DNA of 64,000 nt, from the sequence record SRR9188677_85; one strand, given 5' to 3'. Of the stretch, positions 39,088 through 47,991 are shown piece after piece. Below the pieces are notes generated by a model, which was given only the letters and a program-made list of their open reading frames with translations, searched no databases and was not told where the DNA came from. The position numbers were made by a program, and so were the translations under genes. Within the stretch, counting starts at the first letter, position 1; each line of letters starts with the position of its first letter.

Positions 39088-40032
39088 ATGAAAACAAACA
39101 GACGAGATTTTTTAAGCAAGGCAGCTGTACTGACAGCTGGTAGTCTTGCTTTACCATATTTATCCAACGCAGCAAAAATATTTGATATAACGCTGGCAAC
39201 GAGGCCAATTGGCATTCAACTATTTACGGTGTTTAAGCCTATGAATGAAGATCCGGAAGGCACGCTTAAAAAGATAGCTGCCATTGGATATAAAGAGGTT
39301 GAATCGGCATTCAGTACGCGTGGAGGATATTATGGTTTGAAACCTAAGGAATTCAAGAAAGTGGTAGAAGATTTGGGGATGAAATGGCGGGCTCATCATG
39401 CGCTCGGCGCTCCTTTCAAAATGCCGCCACCTGATAAGATGCCGAAAGGAGCCGATGGGAAACCGATATCCATTCCAAAAATGCCTGCACTTATGACGCT
39501 GCGCGACAATTACCAGCAACTGGTGGACGATGCTGCGGAGGCAGAACTCAGCTACCTGGTCTGTGCCAGTACGCCGGTTGCCAATATGGAAGAAATAAAA
39601 AATTCAATTGGAGTGTTTCAAAAAACGGGCGAAGCGGCTAAGAAAGCAGGAATCGGATTTGCCTATCACAATCATGCGACTGAATTTGATCAGGTAGAAG
39701 GCGGTAAAACGCCTTACGAACTCGTTCTTTCTCAGACGGATCCGGAAATGGTGAAAATGGAGCTTGATCTTGCCTGGGCAACCAAAGCTGGAAAAGACCC
39801 GGTTGCGTTATTCAAAGAACATCCCGGCCGTTTTCCATTATGGCACGCCAAGGATATCAAAAGTGACCTCCAGACAATCACCGAAGTCGGTAATGGAGTG
39901 GTAGAGTTCAAGAGGATATTCGAAGCAGCGAGTATTGCCGGTTTGAAATATTTCTTCATCGAACAGGACATGGCGCCGTCAATGGAAAATGTTGAGACAG
40001 GTTATAAAAATATGGCTAAGATTTTAGCATAA
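39088..40032 (+). CDS. Tat-exported sugar phosphate isomerase/epimerase (TIM barrel)
   Basis: NRRDFL, GIQLFTV, YHNH..EF, ELDL.W, H.KD, EQD. Confidence 0.9.
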   Translation: MKTNRRDFLSKAAVLTAGSLALPYLSNAAKIFDITLATRPIGIQLFTVFKPMNEDPEGTLKKIAAIGYKEVESAFSTRGGYYGLKPKEFKKVVEDLGMKWRAHHALGAPFKMPPPDKMPKGADGKPISIPKMPALMTLRDNYQQLVDDAAEAELSYLVCASTPVANMEEIKNSIGVFQKTGEAAKKAGIGFAYHNHATEFDQVEGGKTPYELVLSQTDPEMVKMELDLAWATKAGKDPVALFKEHPGRFPLWHAKDIKSDLQTITEVGNGVVEFKRIFEAASIAGLKYFFIEQDMAPSMENVETGYKNMAKILA

Positions 40033-40052
40033 CGATTGCGAGTATTACGAGT

Positions 40053-40092
40053 AAAAGCCGGTAAAGGGTAATGATTCCCTTTATCGGCTTTA
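40053..40092 (+). terminator. Intrinsic terminator-like hairpin
   Basis: AAAGCCGGTAAAGGG...CCCTTTATCGGCTTT. Confidence 0.65.
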
Positions 40093-40149
40093 TCTTTGTC
40101 TGGATTTAATTGACATTTCTGGAAATCCAAAATTATAACCCCTTTTCAC

Positions 40150-40758
40150 ATGCAAACCGAAGACCTTTTGAAGCAAATTGAATTCATCAAGGAAATTGAT
40201 AAACTCAAATATATTCAGCGTAAAACCAAGCTTTTTAATAGTGACAGGAATGAAAATGATGCCGAACACAGCTGGCATTTAGCCATGATGGCGATCATTT
40301 TATCGCAGCACTCCAATACTCCGATTGACGTGCTAAAAGTGGTCAAGATGGTTCTGATCCACGATATCGTAGAGATTGATGCAGGTGATACCTTTATCTA
40401 CGACACACAAAAAAACCACACAAACACGAACGAAGAACGCGTTGCTGCAGAACGTATTTTTGGGATTTTGCCAAAACAGCAAGCTGAGGATCTGATCGCA
40501 ATCTGGGAAGAATTTGAAGCTGGCGAAACAGATGAGGCTAAGTTTGCAAAGTCTATGGACCGCCTGGAACCGTTGTTGCAAAATGCATCCAATAACGGTG
40601 GAACATGGAAAGAATTTGGGGTTGGATATGAGAAGGTATTTGAGAAGAAAAAGGCAATACGGAATGGTTCAGCATCCATTTGGGCTTATGCAGAAAACCT
40701 GATTGACGAAAGTGTTGAAAAGGGAATATTGAAAAGAGATAACCTGAGTGTTATTTAA
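40150..40758 (+). CDS. HD domain phosphohydrolase (YfbR/HDDC2-like)
   Basis: ENDAEHSW, IHDIVEIDAGD, DRLEP. Confidence 0.92.
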   Translation: MQTEDLLKQIEFIKEIDKLKYIQRKTKLFNSDRNENDAEHSWHLAMMAIILSQHSNTPIDVLKVVKMVLIHDIVEIDAGDTFIYDTQKNHTNTNEERVAAERIFGILPKQQAEDLIAIWEEFEAGETDEAKFAKSMDRLEPLLQNASNNGGTWKEFGVGYEKVFEKKKAIRNGSASIWAYAENLIDESVEKGILKRDNLSVI

Positions 40759-40792
40759 TAGCTACTTGATTTTCAAATCATTTCTTGATACT

Positions 40793-41170
40793 ATGAAAAT
40801 AATTATTGGTGCAGCTGTTTTATTTGTAGCAAGTAGTACAACCTCGTTTGCCCAAAAAGATAAAGAAGATTTGCCGACTTACGATCAGATTATGCCAAAA
40901 TTTGAAAACATGGTAGATTATGGTATACCGGGTAAAGGTCAGGTTATGACCGTGAATGCGAGCCTGCTGGGTAAAAACATTTTCGACTATCCTGAGAATT
41001 CGGTAATCTATTATCTCGATGGCAAGAAAACGGTTGACCGGGATTATGTTAAGAAGATGATCGATTTAAATGCATACAGAATCAATCATGTAGCAACGGA
41101 CGAAATCGGAAAAGACGGAAAGCGGATCATCAGGATCGATTACAAAAAGAAAGCTGATCGGACCGAATGA
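40793..41170 (+). CDS. Exported hypothetical protein
   Basis: Signal peptide MKIIIG..SFAQ; YYLDGK motif. Confidence 0.6.
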   Translation: MKIIIGAAVLFVASSTTSFAQKDKEDLPTYDQIMPKFENMVDYGIPGKGQVMTVNASLLGKNIFDYPENSVIYYLDGKKTVDRDYVKKMIDLNAYRINHVATDEIGKDGKRIIRIDYKKKADRTE

Positions 41171-41205
41171 CTTGTAGATTTTGAATTACCTAATGCTGAA
41201 AACAG

Positions 41206-41562
41206 ATGAAAGTGAAACGCATCGTATGCAATATCCAAAGTCAGGATGTATCGCTGGCCAAAAACTTTTACCAGAATATTTTAGCGCTGGATATTTTGAT
41301 GGATCAAGGCTGGATTGCGACTTACGGCTCCGACACAAAAATGGATGTCCAGATTAGTTTCGCAGCCGAGGGCGGATCAGGAACCAAAACGCCCGACCTG
41401 TCGATAGAAGTTGATGATGTGGACGAGGCTCTCGATCGGATGAAAACAGCGGGCTTTGCAATAGAGTATGGCCCTGTTAACGAGCCATGGGGCGTTCGAC
41501 GTTTTTATGTCCGGGATCCGTTTGGTAAGTTGGTGAATATTTTGGCACATATTCCCGGCTAA
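41206..41562 (+). CDS. VOC/glyoxalase family protein
   Basis: DLSIEVDD, EPWGVRRFYVRDPFG. Confidence 0.9.
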   Translation: MKVKRIVCNIQSQDVSLAKNFYQNILALDILMDQGWIATYGSDTKMDVQISFAAEGGSGTKTPDLSIEVDDVDEALDRMKTAGFAIEYGPVNEPWGVRRFYVRDPFGKLVNILAHIPG

Positions 41563-41606
41563 CCGGGAATACGTTAAATGACTTGCGTGCTTCGATCATT
41601 CCCTTG

Positions 41607-42272
41607 TCAATCCTTACCCGCCGTCGCTCCCGGCATGCGGCCTTTCAAAAAGGCAATCTGACCTCGGTGATTCGACTCATGTTCACAAACGTGAAACCAT
41701 TTCCAGTACGTGTTCAACGGCTCTTCTTTTGACCATTCCGGATCTATGGCTAACAACCATTTATCGTCTTTCTTTTTCAATTCGTCGAGCGTTTTTTGCC
41801 TTACTTCCGTCAGCTTGTCAATGTAATACTTTGCATCATTTCCTTTTATATTCTTTCGGCCTTCATCGCCCAGTTCCATCGCTGAATTCCAGATTTTCTT
41901 TTCTTCTTCGCTAAATTCCTGCCTGCCTTCGAAAGAATTGATTTGATAATATTTGTCTACCGCAGCTAAGTGCAACAGCAAAGCGCCAATCGTATTCGCC
42001 TTGGGATCGGGCAGATAATCCAGTTGTTCTACTGTTAAATTTTTGACTGAATTGATGATGGTTGACCGATTGTAATTCAACATTGAAACCAGCGTACCAA
42101 TTTGCGGTGTATAACCTTTAAGCGGTCCAATGACGAGAAATCCGTTTTCTTTAATACTCTCGTTAGAGTAAGCCATCGTTGAAATGGTGGAGAGACCTGC
42201 CATTCCAAGTGTAATGGATGCAGTTTTTTTAATAAAGTTTCTTCTGCCAGGTAGAGATTGATTGTCTTCCAT
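41607..42272 (-). CDS. Tat-exported DinB/DUF664-like protein
   Basis: RRNFIK Tat motif; NTIGALLLHLA; HVCEHESNHRGQ. Confidence 0.85.
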   Translation of the reverse strand: MEDNQSLPGRRNFIKKTASITLGMAGLSTISTMAYSNESIKENGFLVIGPLKGYTPQIGTLVSMLNYNRSTIINSVKNLTVEQLDYLPDPKANTIGALLLHLAAVDKYYQINSFEGRQEFSEEEKKIWNSAMELGDEGRKNIKGNDAKYYIDKLTEVRQKTLDELKKKDDKWLLAIDPEWSKEEPLNTYWKWFHVCEHESNHRGQIAFLKGRMPGATAGKD

Positions 42273-42467
42273 TTTATATCAATTTAGGTTTTGTGAACTG
42301 CTAAGTAATTCAAATGTACACTTTTAAATGACCCGAAAATTAGGGAAATAGAAAACCTTATTTATCGGCAAACGGGCCGGGAAGGAGCCGGGAAAATCAT
42401 GAAATTGTTTAAAAGTGCAACCTCTTGGAATCCGTCATTAGTAAAACTACTTTTAACAAAAAAAGCC

Positions 42468-43466
42468 ATGGGGAATACGTTCAATGCATTGTATATAAGT
42501 CAGGTTGAAAGTGGTTTCGATAAGCAACTTAAAACGCTGGGCATTGGAGCACTTCCTGTGAATGATCTGCTTATCAGGGTTAGTTATTCTTCCTTGAATT
42601 ACAAAGACGCTCTGTCGGCATCTGGTAACAAGGGTGTTACGCGAAAATTTCCCCATGTGCCGGGCATTGATGCGGCCGGGATCATTGAGGAATCTAACTC
42701 CGTTAATTTTCAAGCGGGCGATTCGGTGATCGTTACAGGATTTGATCTTGGAATGAACACCTGGGGAGGTTTTGGTGAATACATTCGTGTGCCAAAAGAA
42801 TGGGTTATCCGTTTGCCCGAAGGACTGTCACTGAAAGAATCCATGAGTTTTGGAACTGCGGGATTGACAGCAGGATTGTCTGTTGAAAAAGTACTGAACG
42901 CGGGAATCACTCCTACCGACGGTCCGGTCATTATCAGCGGTGCAACTGGTGGTGTAGGAAGTATGGCAACCGCGATTATGTCTAAACTGGGTTTTGAGGT
43001 CGTCGCCATTTCAGGCAAAAAGGAAGATGTTTTCCTGAAATCTACATTAGGGGCGAGTCAGATTCTGAGCCGCGAAGAATTTCTTGAAAAATACAATAGC
43101 AAACCGCTTTCACCGGCGGATTTTGCGGGAGGTATCGACAATGTTGGCGGTCCAATCCTCTCAGGAATTTTGAAATCTGTAAGGCAAAACGGAGTCGTTA
43201 CTAGCTGCGGAAATGTGGCCGGCGTGGATCTGAATACAACCGTTTTCCCTTTTATTTTGCGTGGAGTTACCCTGGCTGGAATCGATTCAGCATTGGCGCC
43301 AATCGCATTGCGGAAGAAGGTTTGGGAATCTTTAGCGGGAGATTGGAAGCCTTTGCATTTGGATGAGATGATTCAGGAAATTGGGTTAGAGGATTTGGCA
43401 GAAAAATTGGATGGGTTGCTGGAGGGAAAGGCCAAAGGGCGTTATGTTTTGAAGCATGTGATTTGA
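42468..43466 (+). CDS. yhdH: YhdH/YhfP (AcuI-like) quinone oxidoreductase, MDR family
   Basis: YSSLNYKDAL, PGIDAAG, GTAGLTA, GATGGVG, PFILRGV.L.GIDS. Confidence 0.9.
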   Translation: MGNTFNALYISQVESGFDKQLKTLGIGALPVNDLLIRVSYSSLNYKDALSASGNKGVTRKFPHVPGIDAAGIIEESNSVNFQAGDSVIVTGFDLGMNTWGGFGEYIRVPKEWVIRLPEGLSLKESMSFGTAGLTAGLSVEKVLNAGITPTDGPVIISGATGGVGSMATAIMSKLGFEVVAISGKKEDVFLKSTLGASQILSREEFLEKYNSKPLSPADFAGGIDNVGGPILSGILKSVRQNGVVTSCGNVAGVDLNTTVFPFILRGVTLAGIDSALAPIALRKKVWESLAGDWKPLHLDEMIQEIGLEDLAEKLDGLLEGKAKGRYVLKHVI

Positions 43467-43610
43467 CAACTTTTTTTTGAAGTTGTCAAATCTATCTATG
43501 CGAAAGTTGTCAATCTGCCAAGAATCTAGCCGAGTTATTTGAAGGCACCAGATTTGACAACTTTTAAGAAAGTTGTCAAATCTCTCTCGCACATAAAAGT
43601 TGTCAAATCT
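43460..43610. repeat. REP cluster GATTTGACAACTTT/AAGTTGTCAAATC: two full palindromes plus two half-sites
   Basis: Palindromes 43460-43492 and 43551-43582; half-sites near 43503 and 43596; another copy at 47461-47506. Confidence 0.9.
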
Positions 43611-44142
43611 TCCCAACCACCGGTACTAAAACCTCGACACTGGTAGAATCCGACTCCTTACCTGTCGCCTTTCCAATGCCAAAATCACCACGATTCACTT
43701 TAAATTTTCCGTGAAAAGCTGCCTTGCCGTTTTCATTCTTGAAAGTGAAAGGAATAGAAATTGTTTTTTGAATACCATGTAAATCCAGGTCGCCAGTTAC
43801 AACATATCCGGAATCACTTTTTGTAATTTCGGATGATACAAAGTGAATGGTTGGGTACTTTTCTGCATCAAACCACTTGTCACTTTTTGCGTGTTTGTTC
43901 TTCAAATCCTTTCCCGTGTTGATTGAATTCACATCAACGGAAACATCAAACTTTGAATTTGCGAGATCATCCGCATCAAACCGGATCGTGCCATCCAGCT
44001 TGTCGAATGTTCCGTCCGCGTATTTCCCTTCAAATTTTATTGAATATCCCGTCGCGATTGTCCATTCCTGCAAAAGAAGGAAAGTGAAAGCGCTGGAAAA
44101 GATAAAAAGGATGAGTGCAGAGAGAGGAATCGCTTTTTTCAT
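43603..44142 (-). CDS. YceI family protein
   Basis: SINTG..L.NKH, WFDAEKYP.I.F, G.L.LHG, NR.DFGIG. Confidence 0.9.
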   Translation of the reverse strand: MKKAIPLSALILFIFSSAFTFLLLQEWTIATGYSIKFEGKYADGTFDKLDGTIRFDADDLANSKFDVSVDVNSINTGKDLKNKHAKSDKWFDAEKYPTIHFVSSEITKSDSGYVVTGDLDLHGIQKTISIPFTFKNENGKAAFHGKFKVNRGDFGIGKATGKESDSTSVEVLVPVVGKI

Positions 44143-44212
44143 TACATCTCGACTTTTGAAATTACTTCTGGGTTTCGTTAAGTCACTTATATAGTGCTTT
44201 CAAAATGTAAAT

Positions 44213-44533
44213 TTATCTCTTGGAGATTTTGTTCAGCGAAATGCTGCGTTGCAAATTGCTCTTAAATCTCACAATTCCTGCTACTCGTTTTTTCATGTGT
44301 TTGGTTTTGCAATTTTCCACACGAACGCGCCACATTTTATAGCTTTTGAATTTTAAGTTATCCTTCATCAGAAGTTTTACGTCATTTTCCTTTAAGCCAA
44401 ACTGAAATTCAATCGCCTCAAACGGAGTGCGATCCTCCCAGGCCATTTCGATGATCCGGTTTTTATCATCGGGAGATAACGAAAAGCTTCCCGACGAATG
44501 TTTCTCGTCTTGCAAACTAGTTGTCGAAATCAT
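44213..44533 (-). CDS. TIGR03643/DUF2805 family protein
   Basis: RIIEMAWEDRTPFEAIEFQFGL.E, LK..SY.MWR.RV. Confidence 0.88.
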   Translation of the reverse strand: MISTTSLQDEKHSSGSFSLSPDDKNRIIEMAWEDRTPFEAIEFQFGLKENDVKLLMKDNLKFKSYKMWRVRVENCKTKHMKKRVAGIVRFKSNLQRSISLNKISKR

Positions 44534-44536
44534 CGG

Positions 44537-45850
44537 TTATGACATTTGATGTAAATCATGTGTTTTGAGCCACAAATTTCGATAAGCAAAATCATGGTCA
44601 TAATCATTGGCCTGCTTTTCAATATTGAAGTAGCGATCTGCTTTGGGATCATTTCCTACGCCTGCAATATAAGCCCAGTTTCCCCAGTTGCTCGATACGT
44701 CATGATCAATTAATTGCTGTTCAAAATAGGCAGCTCCATAACGCCAATCCAGTTTTAGATCGTGACACAAGTAGCTGGCCACATTTTGCCGCCCGCGGTT
44801 GCTCATGAATCCGGTCAGTTTCAATTCCAGCATATTCGCATCAATAAAATCGACCCCGGTTTCAGCATTCATCCATTTTGAAAATAGCTCGGGATCATGA
44901 TTTTGCAAATCTACTTTGTTATTTTTGATACCATTTTGCTCAAAAAATTTCTTTCTGTATTTCTTCATCATGAACCTGAAATAGTCCCGCCATAGCAATT
45001 CAAATTCCAGCCAATAAGTGGATGGATTGGCACCGTATCTGCTTTCGTATTTTTTAAGTTCGTAGTAAATCTCTCTCGGAGACAAGCAACCCATCGCGAG
45101 CCAGGCTGAGAACTTGGTAGAGTAGTTTTCGCCAACCATTCCATTTCGGGTTTCTTTGTAAGTAGAAATGGCGCGGCTTTCATAAAAATAGTATTGCAAG
45201 CGGTTGTATGCAGCGGTTTCTCCACCGTGGTGTTTGATAGCGGCTCTCTCATCCTGATGTTGTTCGACAAGGCCAAGTAATGGCAAGTCTGGCAATTCCA
45301 GTGGAGGCAGCGAGGGTGACTTTATGGAGGTGGGCTTTGAGAAAACCTCTCTTATCGTTCCTTCACGTTCAATTCGTTTTCGGAAAGTAGTGAACACATC
45401 GGGAATATCCCTGCTGGAAAAGGGAAGGTCTAGCGCATGGTATAAAGTGCTGGTACTGAATGTTTCCAACCGGCAATTTACTTTCCAGACAGCATTTTCT
45501 ACCGCTTCCTCAGTTTGTTTTTCTTCGTAGGTAACTTCTTTTTTTGAATATATTTTCTCTGCACCGTACTGTTTAGCAATCTTAGCTAATTCAACTTCCG
45601 GTTTGCCTTTTACCACAATTAATCCCGATCCCAGGCGTCGTAAATTTTCTTCCAGATCTGCCAAAGATTCCAATAAGAATTTGGCTCTGAAATTACCAGT
45701 CTTTTGAAATCCATACTCCGTAATATCAAAATGTGCATCTTCAAGGCAATAAACCGGAATGATCTCGTCGCTTTGTTCAATAGCGCGAACCAGGGTTTCA
45801 TTGTCGTACAATCTCAAATCTGTCTTGAACCAAACGATTGACCTACGCAT
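44537..45850 (-). CDS. Cryptochrome DASH family protein
   Basis: WFKTDLRL.DN, YKETRNG, YSTKFS.WLA.G, ELLWRDYF, TGFMSNRGRQNVAS, SNWGNW.Y.AGVGND. Confidence 0.93.
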   Translation of the reverse strand: MRRSIVWFKTDLRLYDNETLVRAIEQSDEIIPVYCLEDAHFDITEYGFQKTGNFRAKFLLESLADLEENLRRLGSGLIVVKGKPEVELAKIAKQYGAEKIYSKKEVTYEEKQTEEAVENAVWKVNCRLETFSTSTLYHALDLPFSSRDIPDVFTTFRKRIEREGTIREVFSKPTSIKSPSLPPLELPDLPLLGLVEQHQDERAAIKHHGGETAAYNRLQYYFYESRAISTYKETRNGMVGENYSTKFSAWLAMGCLSPREIYYELKKYESRYGANPSTYWLEFELLWRDYFRFMMKKYRKKFFEQNGIKNNKVDLQNHDPELFSKWMNAETGVDFIDANMLELKLTGFMSNRGRQNVASYLCHDLKLDWRYGAAYFEQQLIDHDVSSNWGNWAYIAGVGNDPKADRYFNIEKQANDYDHDFAYRNLWLKTHDLHQMS

Positions 45851-47397
45851 TACAATTCATTAATATGGTTTAAATAATATTCTGCCTGAGATAAAATTTG
45901 TGTTTTCAAATCGGGCTGCATTTTGTGCCAAACGTTGTACATCATACCGATCCGCGGGTTTTTTCCGAGTTTGTCTTCATGTTGATCGTAAAAATTCCAG
46001 TATAAGCTGTTAAAAGGACAAGCCTTGTCACCCGTCTTTTTACCCGGATCGTAATAACAAGGTTTGCAGTAGTGACTCATTTTGTCAATATATGCGGCCG
46101 AACTTACATACGGTTTCGTGCCAATCAAACCACCATCCGCAAACTGGCTCATGCCTCTTGTATTTGTGATTTCCACCCATTGCAAAGCATCAATGTAAAT
46201 TCCCAGGTACCATTTATCCACTTCGTCGGGATGGACTCCGGCCAGCAAAGCAAAATTTCCTGTAATCATCAATCGCTGAATATGGTGCGCATAGGCCATA
46301 TTGAGCGACTGCCCGATGGCGTACTTCAAACAATTCATCTTTGTTTTTCCAGTCCAGTACCAATCCGGAAGTTTGTTATTATTTTCCAGATAATTAGTCG
46401 TTTCGAACTCTGGCATTTTTAACCAATACATCCCGCGCATGTACTCGCGCCAGCCAATGATCTGACGTACAAAGCCTTCCAGTTGATGAAATCCAATTTC
46501 TTCCTTTCGTTTTTCCCATTCTTCAATTGCTTTTTCTACAACTTCTACCGGAGACAACATTTTGGTGTTCATTGTGAAAGAAAGCCTCGAATGATAAAGC
46601 GACCATTCATGCGGCGTCATCGCGTCCTGATAGGTACCAAACAATGGCAAACATTCGCGTACAAAAAAGTCGAGCAACGTCAGCGCTTGCGTTCTGTTGA
46701 TGGGCCAGACAAAGTTTCTTGCATCAATGGAGCCAATCGTTTTGATATCCGTCTTCTGAATAAGTTCCGCTATCTCTGAAACATCATTGTCGAAAACCAG
46801 CGGCGTGGAAGGTACATGTTTTGCTGGTAATTTTTTCCGGTTGTCATGGTCGTAATTCCACTGGCCTGTCAACGGTTCGTCTCCATCCATCAATATCCGA
46901 TGTTTCCTTCGCATATGCCTGTAAAAGCTTTCCATTAGGAAGGTTTTCTTGCCCTTAAAAAACAAACCTAATTCCTCTCGCGTTCCGAAAAAATGCTCTG
47001 AATCATAAACATGATGGCTGATAGCTAATGTTTTAGTATAATTTTTAAGGATTTGGTCAACCCGGTATTCGTCCGGAAGCTGGTACTCAAAATGGGCATA
47101 GTTGTGTTGATGAATCAGTGCGTCAATATTCTTTTCAAAAGACTGTAAATTGTTTTCGTCATTTAGGTGAAAGTAAATAACATTGTGACTATGCGATTCC
47201 AGCTCTTCTGCAAACTGTCGCATCGCTGCAAAAAAGCCAACCACTTTCTGGATATGATGCCAAACATAATCCGTTTCTGTCCGAATTTCCATAAAAACAT
47301 AGGTCACGTTTTCATCAATTTCCTTAAACCATGAATGATTTCGGTTTAGCTGATCTCCTAAAATGAGCCGTAGGGTTTTTTGGGTTGAGGTGTTCAT
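45850..47397 (-). CDS. Fe-S bacterial cryptochrome/(6-4) photolyase (PhrB/CryB-like)
   Basis: LILGDQL, HIQK..F.AMR, WNYD..NR, YAHHIQRLM, KPY.SS; Cys ligands MNCL and YCKPC..ACPF. Confidence 0.92.
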   Translation of the reverse strand: MNTSTQKTLRLILGDQLNRNHSWFKEIDENVTYVFMEIRTETDYVWHHIQKVVGFFAAMRQFAEELESHSHNVIYFHLNDENNLQSFEKNIDALIHQHNYAHFEYQLPDEYRVDQILKNYTKTLAISHHVYDSEHFFGTREELGLFFKGKKTFLMESFYRHMRRKHRILMDGDEPLTGQWNYDHDNRKKLPAKHVPSTPLVFDNDVSEIAELIQKTDIKTIGSIDARNFVWPINRTQALTLLDFFVRECLPLFGTYQDAMTPHEWSLYHSRLSFTMNTKMLSPVEVVEKAIEEWEKRKEEIGFHQLEGFVRQIIGWREYMRGMYWLKMPEFETTNYLENNNKLPDWYWTGKTKMNCLKYAIGQSLNMAYAHHIQRLMITGNFALLAGVHPDEVDKWYLGIYIDALQWVEITNTRGMSQFADGGLIGTKPYVSSAAYIDKMSHYCKPCYYDPGKKTGDKACPFNSLYWNFYDQHEDKLGKNPRIGMMYNVWHKMQPDLKTQILSQAEYYLNHINEL

Positions 47398-47460
47398 TTG
47401 GGTATAGCGTTGTTTGTCTCCGGCGTGATTGGTTTATGAACAATTATTAAGCCAGAGAAT

Positions 47461-47506
47461 GATTTGACAACACTAGGCGTGCCCCTTCAATGAAAATTGT
47501 CAAATC
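47461..47506. repeat. REP copy of the GATTTGACAA/TTGTCAAATC family
   Basis: Same arms as the 43460 cluster. Confidence 0.75.
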
Positions 47507-47543
47507 AAAACAAAAAAATTAACAAAAATTAAGAACCTTGATA

Positions 47544-47573
47544 TTTGTTCGTACGAAAAATTTCCTACCTTTG
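47544..47573 (+). promoter_or_regulatory. Putative promoter (TTTG...TACCTTTG) overlapped by candidate BlaI operator TACGAA-N4-TTCCTA
   Basis: TTTG 47544-47547, TAnnTTTG 47566-47573, imperfect palindrome 47552-47567. Confidence 0.6.
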
Positions 47574-47599
47574 AATTGTTGATCAACATATGCTTAAAA

Positions 47600-47965
47600 A
47601 TGGAACCAACCAAGTCAGAATTAGAAATACTACAAGTGCTTTGGCAACACGGACCGTCGACAGTCCGCTTTGTTAATGACAAGCTTAATGAAGAGAAAAG
47701 AGCCGTTCAGTATTCGTCCACTTTGAAGCTCATGCAAATTATGGCTGAGAAGGGAATTGTGAAGAGAGACGAGAGTAGTATGAAGCACGTATATAGCCCG
47801 GCGGAAGAAGAGGACAAGACAAAAAAGGCTTTGCTCGATCGTTTTGTGGACTCTATGTACAAAGGTTCGGCGTCCAGCCTGGTAATGCAGCTTTTCGGCA
47901 ACAAAAATACGTCGAAAGAAGAGCTCGATGAGATTAAGGATTTCTTGAAGAAACTTGACCAATAA
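47600..47965 (+). CDS. BlaI/MecI/CopY family repressor
   Basis: ELEILQVLW..GPSTVR, Y..TLK.MQIM.EKG, GSA..LV. Confidence 0.93.
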   Translation: MEPTKSELEILQVLWQHGPSTVRFVNDKLNEEKRAVQYSSTLKLMQIMAEKGIVKRDESSMKHVYSPAEEEDKTKKALLDRFVDSMYKGSASSLVMQLFGNKNTSKEELDEIKDFLKKLDQ

Positions 47966-47991
47966 GTCATTAACGATAAATTCTATTAGCC

